A stretch of DNA of 64,000 bases from Fimbriosthenelais zetlandica. Taxonomy: Eukaryota. This document shows, piece by piece, positions 51,842 to 61,500 of the stretch. The stretch is from positions 61,752,001 through 61,816,000 of the forward strand of contig OZ365109.1 of NCBI GenBank assembly GCA_977030845.1, written 5' to 3'. How positions within the stretch are numbered: position 1 is the stretch's first letter; every line of letters starts with the position of its first letter. Below the pieces are notes generated by a model, which was not told where the DNA came from, made no database searches, and saw only the letters and a list, made by a program, of their open reading frames with translations. A program made the translations under genes and the position numbers.

Positions 51842-52169
51842 AGTAGGCCTATGATTATCCTGCTCAGCTCGCGACAGGAGACATTGAACTAATTTCCCAC
51901 AAAATTCATTTGATAGCCTACCTTTTTTTATGAGCAGCAGGAGTTCTAAGCCACTGAGCCAGCTTTAATACCTGGGATTAGGCTAGCTTTTAGGGTAACG
52001 GCTAAGTTACTTTTTTTTGTGTGTTTTGTATTTAATAGGCCTAATTATCAAGTGCACAATCTGGTTTTCTGGCTGTTTCTCATAATTTAATGAATTCTAA
52101 CTTTCCTGCTCCATAGTTTTAGATTTTGGTAAATATTCTTTATTTCTGGAAAAATGGTAGCCTATATTT

Positions 52170-52298
52170 AGAGGATACATCATGGCAATATTCCTCACGA
52201 GGGGGTATATGGTGAAATATTAGCCGAGGCCCGAAGGGCCGAGGCTAATATTTCACCATATACCCACGAGGGAGGAATATAGCCATGATGTATTTTCT
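52170..52298. mobile_element. Short palindromic (hairpin) element
   Basis: Perfect 23-bp arms 52203-52225 / 52243-52265 around GGCCC-GAA-GGGCC, extended imperfectly to ~60 bp per arm. A collapsed second copy lies at ~52750-52800. Confidence 0.7.
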
Positions 52299-52554
52299 TT
52301 ATACCACGAATAGTTCCCAAATGTTGTAAATTGATTCCCCTTTCCTTGTGTTATATACGAAATAACTCTCTTTCTCGCTCACTTTTCACCAGAGCTCTGT
52401 GTATACATTCAACACACTGCCACTAGTCTGATCCTATTATTAGAATCAGGTGGGAAGTCTTGACCTCAACATGACCTCATTTTGGGTCATTACCTGCATG
52501 CATGTAACAGTTTTTTTTCATCACATGGGTTTATACACAGCAATTGTCAGCTTG

Positions 52555-52626
52555 GCCTCGATGGCTGAATGAGTAGCATGGCTGCTCCCTATGTGGGCGA
52601 ACCGAGTTCGAATCCCGGAGCTTCTG
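52555..52626 (+). pseudogene. tRNA-like head P (Gly-like)
   Basis: TGGCTGAATG A-box-like, B-box GTTCGAATCC, T-run downstream; acceptor stem unpaired. Confidence 0.6.
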
Positions 52627-52970
52627 CACTTTTTGATTTTTGTTCTTACTTATTTCTAAATTTTAGGATTTTTTTACGAGTTGGATTCCTGCAATAATCC
52701 AGGAAGTTTTCGAGAAGAGACATTTTGTGTATAGAATCATATGTTTACTTAGAGGATATACCATGGCACTGTATATACCACGGTATACATGTATTGTCTT
52801 TATACCATGAATAGTCGAGAAATATTCTAAATTGATTCCCTTTTCCATGTGTTAGATACAAAATAATTGTCTTTCTCGCTCGCTTCTCGCCTGTGTATAT
52901 TTACATTCGTCAGTTTCTGGGTCAAGGTGTGCAAATGGAATATTATAGCCCCACTGTCTTGGGTCTCCAA

Positions 52971-53043
52971 GCCTTCATGGCCTAATCGGTAGAGCGTCAG
53001 ACTTGTAAACTCAAGGTTGTGAGTTCAAGTCACTTGGTGTTCG
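52971..53043 (+). pseudogene. tRNA-like head Q (Thr/Lys-type, loop CT-TGT-AA)
   Basis: TGGCCTAATCGGTAGAGC, TCAGA-CTTGTAA, B-box GTTCAAGTC; stems mismatched. Confidence 0.65.
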
Positions 53044-53332
53044 TTGTGAATTTTGACACTATAGCGCTCATGTCTACCACACATGATAATTCTTGGCTAT
53101 GTGTGGAAGACAATAATGCCCTAGGGCGGTATATCGTGAAATAATGCCTCGTATATCGGGCAGAAATTGGAGTTGGAGTGGTATAATAGCCTATAATTAT
53201 ATGGCATATAAGCGGCAGCAGCCGCAGATGGAGCAGCAGCAGGTGCACTAGCAGCAGCAGGAGTTCAAAGTTATTGAAGGTCTCATGGGCGCCACCCAGC
53301 CAGCTCTACGTGGGATTACATGTAATACGTGA

Positions 53333-53405
53333 TCCGTCATAGCTCACATGGTAGAGTGTTGGATTTCAAATCCAGGGGTTGTGTTTTCGAATCCCCTTTG
53401 GGAGA
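53333..53405 (+). pseudogene. tRNA-like head X1 (loop TT-TCA-AA)
   Basis: TAGCTCACATGGTAGAG, TTGGA-TTTCAAA-TCCAG, degenerate B-box TTTCGAATCC, T6 downstream. Confidence 0.7.
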
Positions 53406-53731
53406 ATGCTTTTTTGCTTTTGGCGCCTTATTCTGCAAACAAAAAGTAATCCGTCTCCAGTGCAGCCTGAAATCACCCACCATTCCCTAAAGAATTTTTA
53501 TTAATGATTATCAAGTCCAAAAACTGGTTTTCCGACTATTTATTCCCCATAATTTAATAAACGTTTTGCCTCGGCAGCAGATGCAGCGCCACCAGAAGCC
53601 TCGGAAGCAGATGCAACGGCAGCAGATGGAGGAGCAGCAGATGGAATGGCAGCAGATGGCAAAGCAGCAGATGGCAATGGGCGCCACTCAGCCAGTTTTA
53701 GCCTGTATAGGGAAACGGTTCCAGTATATAA

Positions 53732-53803
53732 GCCTTGATAGCTCAGATGGTAGGCTCTTGCCTTTGAAAGCCAAAGGTCCTGGGATCGAACCCCCTCTGG
53801 ATC
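53732..53803 (+). pseudogene. tRNA-like head Y1 (loop TT-TGA-AA)
   Basis: TAGCTCAGATGGTAG, B-box GGATCGAACC, T4 downstream. Confidence 0.7.
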
Positions 53804-54196
53804 TATGTTTTCTCTTTTAAGCTTTTTGTTGCTGACTAACAATGATCGACTGCACAATCGGATTTTTCTGGCTGTTCCTCATCACTTAACCCATTCTTTA
53901 GCTTCCCTTCTTGAGAGATCTCCAAACATTTAGCTTGTGACACGTTAACAAGATCAAAATATTTCATAATTATTCAATAAGAGGGAAACATTTGGTGGTC
54001 CATGACCTAAAAGGCTGCCACCTTCTGCTTGAGACATGAAGTAAAATCTCCCCACAATTAATTTCAATTAAAAGAAGGCAGATAACAGCACCAGAGAGGG
54101 GTTTCATCGCTTAATCCTCGGATGCCACATTCGCCAGCCAGACTGCAATAACGGGGGTAACAGAACTGGTTGTAGTTGATAGCCTAGTCCATGTGA

Positions 54197-54269
54197 TCCA
54201 TCGTAGCTCAGATGGTAGAGTGTTGGATTTCAAATCCAAGGGTTGTGTTTTCGAATCCCCTTTGGGAGA
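54197..54269 (+). pseudogene. tRNA-like head X2 (loop TT-TCA-AA)
   Basis: Copy of X1 at +864; perfect arm TTGGA/TCCAA. Confidence 0.7.
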
Positions 54270-54587
54270 ATGCTTTTTTGCTTTTGGCGCCTTATTCTGC
54301 AAACAAAAAGTAATCCGTCTCCAGTGCAGCCTCAAATCACCCACCATTCCCTAAAGAATTTTTAGTAATGATTATCAAGTCCAAAAACTGGTTTTCCGAC
54401 TATTTATTCCCCATAATTTAATAAACGTTTTGCCTCGGCAGCAGATGCAGCGCCACCAGAAGCCTCGGAAGCAGATGCAACGGCAGCAGATGGAGCAGCA
54501 GCAGATGGAATGGCAGCAGATGGCAAAGCAGCAGATGGCAATGGGCGCCACTTTTAGCTTGTATAGGGTAACGGTTCCAGTGTATAA

Positions 54588-54660
54588 GCCTTGCTAGCTC
54601 ATATGATAGAGTGCTTGATTTCAAACCCTAAGGTCATGGGATCGAATCCCCTTTTGCACC
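54588..54660 (+). pseudogene. tRNA-like head Z (loop TT-TCA-AA)
   Basis: GCCTTGC-TAGCTCATATGATAGAG, B-box GGATCGAATCC, T5 downstream; Lys-type overall. Confidence 0.7.
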
Positions 54661-54949
54661 ATGCTTTTTCCTTTTTAGCGCTTTATCTGTAACTAATAAT
54701 TATCAAGTGCACAATCTGGTTTTCTGGCTGTTTCTCATAATTTAATGAATTTTAACTTTCCTGCTCCATAGTTTTAGATTTTGGTAAATATTCTTTATTT
54801 CTGGAAAAATGGTAGCCTATATTAGCCTATATATGGCATAAGCGGCAGCAGCCGCAGATGGAGCAGCAGCAGGTGCACTAGCAGCAGCAGGAGTTCAAAG
54901 CTATTGAAGGTCTCAGCCAGCTCTACGTGGGATTACATATAATACGTGA

Positions 54950-55022
54950 ACCGTCATAGCTCAGATGGTAGAGTGTTGGATTTCAAATCCGGGGGTTGTG
55001 TTTTCGAATCCCCTTTGGGGGA
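54950..55022 (+). pseudogene. tRNA-like head X3 (loop TT-TCA-AA)
   Basis: Copy of X1 at +1617. Confidence 0.7.
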
Positions 55023-55348
55023 ATGCTTTTTTGCTTTTGGCGCCTTATTCTGCAAACAAAATGTAATCCGTCTCCAGTGCAGCCTGAAATCACCCACCAT
55101 TCCCTAAAGAATTTTTATTAATGATTATCAAGTCCAAAAACTGGTTTTCCGACTATTTATTCCCCATAATTTAATAAACGTTTTGCCTCGGCAGCAGATG
55201 CAGCGCCACCAGAAGCCTCGGAAGCAGATGCAACGGCAGCAGATGGAGGAGCAGCAGATGGAATGGCAGCAGATGGCAAAGCAGCAGATGGCAATGGGCG
55301 CCACTCAGCCAGTTTTAGCTTGTATAGGGAAACGGTTCCAGTATATAA

Positions 55349-55420
55349 GCCTTGATAGCTCAGATGGTAGGCTCTTGCCTTTGAAAGCCAAAGGTCCTGG
55401 GATCGAACCCCCTCTGGATC
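55349..55420 (+). pseudogene. tRNA-like head Y2
   Basis: Copy of Y1 at +1617. Confidence 0.7.
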
Positions 55421-55813
55421 TATGTTTTCTCTTTTAAGCTTTTTGTTGCTGACTAACAATGATCGACTGCACAATCGGATTTTTCTGGCTGTTCCTTATC
55501 ACTTAACCCATTCTTTAGCTTCCCTTCTTGAGAGATCTCCAAACATTTAGCTTGTGACACGTTAACAAGATCAAAATATTTCATAATTATACAATAAGAG
55601 GGAAACATTTGGTGGTCCATGACCTAAAAGGCTGCCACCTTCTGCTTGAGACATGAAGTAAAATCTCCCCACAATTAATTTCAATTAAAAGAAGGCAGAT
55701 GACAACACCAGAGAGGGGTTTCATCGCTTAATCCTCGGATGCCACATTCGCCAGCCAGACTGCAATAACGGGGGTAACAGAACTGGTTGTAGTTGATAGC
55801 CTAGTCCATGTGA

Positions 55814-55886
55814 TCCATCATAGCTCAGATGGTAGAGTGTTGAATTTCAAATCCAGGGGATGTGTTTTCGAATCCCCTTTGGGAGA
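55814..55886 (+). pseudogene. tRNA-like head X4 (loop TT-TCA-AA)
   Basis: Copy of X2 at +1617; one stem mismatch. Confidence 0.7.
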
Positions 55887-56212
55887 ATGCTTTTTTGCTT
55901 TTGGCGCCTTATTCTGCAAACAAGAAGTAATCCGTCTCCAGTGCAGCCTCAAATCACCCACCATTCCCTAAAGAATTTTTAGTAATGATTATCAAGTCCA
56001 AAAACTGGTTTTCCGACTATTTATTCCCCATAATTTAATAAACGTTTTGCCTCGGCAGCAGATGCAGCGCCACCAGAAGCCTCGGAAGCAGATGCAGCGG
56101 CAGCAGATGGAGGAGCAGCAGATGGAATGGCAGCAGATGGCAAAGCAGCAGATGGCAATGGGCGCCACTCAGCCAGTTTTAGCTTGTATAGGGAAACGGT
56201 TCCAGTATATAA

Positions 56213-56284
56213 GCCTTGATAGCTCAGATGGTAGGCTCTTGGCTTTGAAAGCCAAAGGTCCTGTGATCGAACCCCTTCTGGATT
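56213..56284 (+). pseudogene. tRNA-like head Y3
   Basis: Copy of Y2 at +864; perfect arm TTGGC/GCCAA. Confidence 0.7.
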
Positions 56285-56641
56285 TATGTTTTCTCTTTTA
56301 AGCTTTTTGTTGCTGACTAACAATGATCGACTGCACAATCGGATTTTTCTGGCTGTTCTTCATCACTTAACCAATTTTTTAGCTTCCCTTCTTGAGAGAT
56401 CTCCAAACATTTAGCTTTTGACACTTTAAAATATTTCATAGGGGGCCTATACAATAAGAGGGAAACATTTGGTGGTCCATGACCTAAAAGGCTGCCACCT
56501 TGTTGTTGAGACATGAAGTAAGATCTCCCACAAGAAGACAGATGATAGCACCAGACGGTGGTTTCATATGCGCCACTCAGACAGCAGTAACGGGGATTAC
56601 ATAACTGCTTGTAGTTGATATCCTAGACCTAGTGCATGTTA

Positions 56642-56690
56642 TCCATCATAGCTCAGATGGTAGTGTTGGATTTTAAATCCATGGGTTCCC
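56642..56690 (+). pseudogene. Truncated tRNA-like head X5 (loop TT-TTA-AA)
   Basis: TAGCTCAGATGG..TTGGA-TTTTAAA-TCCAT, cut off by an inverted segment at 56693. Confidence 0.6.
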
Positions 56691-58060
56691 ATTCTGTCTT
56701 CTTTTAATTGAAATTAATTGTGCGAGATCTTACTTCATGTCTCAAGCACAAGGTGGTAGCCTTTTTCTATATACCTCTAGGTCATGGACCACCAAATGTT
56801 TCCCTCTAAGGCCAACTAAGCAAATCCATTTATAAAGTTGGACAGAGTATCCATCTCTACCACGGGACAGGGCTGGTTATACTGGCTAGTATAAAGTATG
56901 CATACATTGATTAAGTACTAAACACGAAAATGAAAAATGAAAAAAATATATCTACAATCAGCCAGTTTTAAAAACTATGACCCCAGAATATTCCCTTTTT
57001 CCCCCATGTCGACTACATCCCTGCAGATAGATCATCAATAAATCGAAACTTCGAAGCAAACAAGTCCAATCATAACCTAGCCTACTTGGTCAATGTACCT
57101 TTTTAATTTAGTCTTCCCCAATCTCGAAAGTATGAACATTTTTTTTTTAACAAATTCAGCTTTATTGAACAAACGAACGTCAGGTCAAACAATGCACAAC
57201 ATGGAGAACGGTCTTAATGGCCGAACACAATGCAATTAAATCACTCGATTAATATTTTCCATTAATTTTAGCCTACACATATATTTAAGGGCTATAATAT
57301 AGATAGGCCTACCGGTACAAAATAAGCCACTTTATAAATTTTAGTTCGGTCCAGGCAGGCCTACGGTACCCTAGTGTACGACAATCCTCTCTTTTACCAA
57401 TAGGCAATCTTCTAACAAATTCAAATTAATTCCGTTTTTACCTCTTTGTCAAGACATGCAAGATGAAATATCTCAAAACTTATATACAAACAAGAACAGC
57501 TTTTAGGCGTTCAAAATTCAACTTCCGGGTAGCTAACATTGAAACACAAAAAAAAGTCAGAACCATAGTGCCTGGTACATGACTGCATTTCTATAAGGCA
57601 TTGTATTCAACTTTGGTTCATTATATTCCGGTATGCATCAGTACAAAACATATACTGTAGAAATGTATAATTTCTGGGACTAACTTAATGTGAATGATAG
57701 GCATAGCATTTTTCAGTACCGGTGCCAGTATATTATCATATACAGCCTATGATAAGGTAGACATTACCGTATAAATAAAGATGCAAAAATATCACATTAA
57801 TTTGGGAATGTTTCAATAAATAATTTATAAACCTTTCCTGCACATGGTACGGTACACAGTATATATAAATTAACTCAAGTTCTAACGCCCGAACTCAAGC
57901 GCCTCCCTAAGAATTTTCAAAATAAATTATAGCGCACGTTCAAAGCCATCATACATTACACCTTCTGTATTAGCCATAAAGCATGACATGATTAATTTAC
58001 GGTACATCTTTACGATAATATTTGTTGATACTTATGAACACCATTAGTACGAATATGCAA

Positions 58061-58165
58061 AGTGGGTGTAAACTTCATTGCATACATGCATGTCAAACAT
58101 AGACGGTACTATAAGTGGGTGTAAACTTCATTGCATACATGCATGTCAAACACAGACGGTACTAT
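58061..58165 (+). repeat. 53-bp tandem duplication in the ACSBG 3' UTR region
   Basis: AGTGGGTGTAAACTTCATTGCATACATGCATGTCAAACA(T/C)AGACGGTACTATA occurs twice (58061 and 58114). Confidence 0.85.
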
Positions 58166-58517
58166 ATTATTAAATTTTGATCATCTTCGAGATTTTGATC
58201 TCACATTCTGACTGATGGGTTAAATAATATATTTAACCCTAAATGCCCCCATGGAATGGACAAACACATGTATATAATTATGTATACAGTATTTCAATTG
58301 TACTGAAATCAGCAAATTATACCACATAGTCTTTTTAAACATTTGCATTGACCAAAATTATAAAGATTTTTTATCAGGTCAAATGAGACCCACCCATATC
58401 AAAATGGTCATGAAAGACCCAGTACCCAAATTACCCATCCATATTCTAGAGGTCCCATTTAGCACAAAGAATTATTAAACATTTATATATCTGTCCTATA
58501 CAAAATGCACATCAACT

Positions 58518-61500
58518 TCACACATCATAGAAAGCATCGATAGTGGAGGCATACATCTTGTTGACGACTGGCCTCATCAGTTTTGTTGTAGGTCCTGATG
58601 TAGAAGAAAAATAATGGATATTTATGAATACAACTAATATAGATCTACGGTACCGTACAATTTATCGTAACTTCTTTAAAATAAGTACAAAATTCGACAG
58701 TAGACTTCTGTATTGAAATAAAACTATTGAATCAATCTTTAAAGAAAATGTCTTTAGATAAAGTAATTGCAATCGGAATCAATTATTTAAATAATTTCAT
58801 CAGCATGTAAAATAACACATTTGCTGCAATTATATGATATAATTGCTAGAGACTTGAGTCTAACATTTATATAATTATATTTGATTTGTGTGCACTTATA
58901 TGATAAAAAATAAATGAAGGTGACTAACCCAGTTCTCCGCCGGGAATAGAGAAGTCTCGTGGTAGGATGGTCCACTTCTGGACACGTTTAGCATTGCTCT
59001 CAGCCCGCTTGTTAGCTCTGTCGATGGCCTCCTGGATTCCCTTGTTTACCAACTCGTCAGATTTATCAGCAATGGCTGACACGGTCGTGGATGTACTTCC
59101 CAGTGACTGGCACCAGTCAAGAGCTGCGCCCGTCAGCTCATCTGTAGGCATCATGGTGCTATCCACCTGTGACTGTTTAGAGAGAAGACAGAAAAAATGT
59201 ATACATTCTAATCTATATATCATTTATAACATGTTTTTGACGAAAACAGGAGAAATTATTATTATTTCACCTCTTTGTCTAGATGAATATCGTACAACTA
59301 GGAGTTGTTTCTTTCAATTCTTGAGTCACATTTAGATTTAGATTTTCTACAATGAGCATCATGTTATATATACCCGGTATCCTATATCACATACCTTTAG
59401 AGTGATGAGTAGAGACAGGAATTTACGCTTGTCGCCTATAAGCATACAGTTACTAATGATGGGACATTCTTCTTTGATTGAGTCTTCTATAGGGACGGGA
59501 GCCACGTTCTCGCCACCTGCTGTGATGAGTAGCTCCTTGATACGTCCAGTAATAGAGAGGAAACCAGCCTCATCTACACGTCCTATATCACCCGTATGTA
59601 ACCAGCCCCACTCATCTACTGTCTCCTTGGTCTTCTCCTCCATACCCAGGTACCCCATGAACACATGACGTCCTCCCATACAGATCTAGAAACCAAGAAT
59701 AAATTACTATATAGTTAGAATCCAGATATAAATATTTATTTCCGCGCTCAAAATGATAATAGTATCTAAACTTAATTTTCAATATATATTAAATGACAAA
59801 GGGATATTCGCTAATACACATTTTTGGTAATATTCTTTTCGCTTTAGCAAATAATTATAAAAGAAAAAGGCATATTCAGAATTTAATTAGTTTTAAACAC
59901 TCGTCTTACCTCGCCATTGCCTTCTTCGTCAGGGTTTTCTAGTCGTGTAGTACAGCCTGGTAGATCAAAACCGCAGCTCCCCAGCTTGAACTTCCAGGGG
60001 AAGGACACTGTATGTGGGCCTGGAATAGAAAATATGTCAAATCCAACGTTCAATTTGCAACTGATTTGGCCACATCTACGTTTATCCGAAACGAACTTTG
60101 CCATCATAAAAAAGGAGGAAAAGATTAAATTCTTAATACAAATCTTTAAATTTCTATTTAAATTAGGTCTAGAACATGACATTGTGTCCTACTTTCAAAC
60201 TTGCAGTAAAAAGGGGTTATTAATGAGATTGGAATAGATATAGGATCTATTACCTGAGCTTTCACTCATGCCGTAGATCTCTGTGACTGGGATGTTTAGG
60301 GACATGAAGTATGTCAGGGTTTCCCTCATGATTGGTGCAGCAGCAGAGATGAAGATCTTACAGCGATCAAAACCCATGGTGCTATGGATCTTCCTGAACA
60401 ATACATTAGCTAAGGTCCAGCCAAATGGCAGAGATCCCCTAGAAAAAGACAGCGGACAGGTAAAGTTAATTCAGTTTTATAACCATAAAAATCTTCTCTA
60501 AATCTAACCAAGATGTTTACGTATATTGTCATGTATTCTTTTTAGCAAGAAAGCTACCATTATCATGCATCACTGGTAGGATTGGACAAAACAGTCGTTA
60601 TATCAGTATATGGCATTAATCTACTGAATCACTCTTAAAATACTACCGGTATTAGCATTACAAATAATATGACATTTGTAACGTGAAAAGCACCATCCAT
60701 GCAACATAAATACAAAGTTTCATAAAATAAATATAGAACAGTAAGAACAGTAATGAACAAAACTACTTCATGCAGTATTAATCTAATGGAGCGCTCTATT
60801 AAATAAAGGGAGCGTTTAAGTTTACCCAAACAGAGTCAGTACATAACATGCAAGTATAAAACAGTGATGTGAGTAAACGTTACAATAATTACCGCGTCTT
60901 TTTCCCCTTGAGTTGACTGTGTAAATATTAGATATCAAAAGGTAAGTTATAGAAGTGTGGGCGGCAAAAGATATTAAAAAAAATTGAACATAAAACTGGA
61001 TAGGTTAAATCATTATTCTTCTTAATCAAATATAATCTTCGAATGTAGTAAATTGTAATATTTTCATATTTTAAACATATTTTACTTACCCTTCCATACG
61101 ACTGAGGTTTCCTCTCAGGCCGATGTCTTTTGCCCAAGTAGACAAAGTTTTCTTCAGACCCGTTGTTCTTCTCCCGACCTCAAGCAGTTTCTCTTGGAAT
61201 TTTTCCCAAACCCGAGGAACGCCAAGGAAGACTGTGGGTCGTACTTCTTTCAAAGTTGTCGCCAATGAACCCTGGAAGAGAAAATAAGAGATATCTTAAT
61301 TCCATATAACTATTTCTAACTATTTTAAACTAATGTAACGCAGTAAGAAAGGACCATAGTTTCTTTGGTGATGTTAAATTATTATAGAACCTAGGCAAAG
61401 TATCCTATTGATTAATTTCTATTTAGGAGGGAAACAAAAGCAAAAACATGCGGGTATTATGAATATGAAAGAAAATGGTTCACCTTGAGGGCATCTGGTT

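Larger units (their letters stand above)
51930..56807 (+). repeat. Higher-order tandem array of tRNA-like cassettes with 15-bp CAGCAGATGG spacers (864-bp and 1617-bp offsets)
   Basis: Near-identical blocks at offsets 864 (53333/54197, 55349/56213) and 1617 (53333/54950, 53732/55349, 54197/55814). A homologous downstream motif (AATGATTATCAAGT../GGTTTT(C)TGGCTGTT) follows the X, Y and Z heads. Confidence 0.9.

Noticed and set aside
53333-55886. Functional tRNA-Sec or opal-suppressor tRNA genes
   Set aside because: No long variable arm, acceptor stems do not pair, and the T-stem and B-box are broken in X copies.
53570-56160. CRISPR-like repeat-spacer array
   Set aside because: Eukaryotic context, spacers are duplicated rather than unique, and there are no cas genes.
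53540-56338. Repeated ORFs MCSRSLLVS.. (-) and MPRQQMQ.. (+)
   Set aside because: By-products of the 15-bp (multiple of 3) minisatellite and antisense tRNA-like heads (LPSEL/YHLSY-type words); no splice context or domain.
59166-59172. Tandem acceptors 6 nt apart in ACSBG (with or without SQ)
   Set aside because: Common and minor; the longer form fits orthologue length better.
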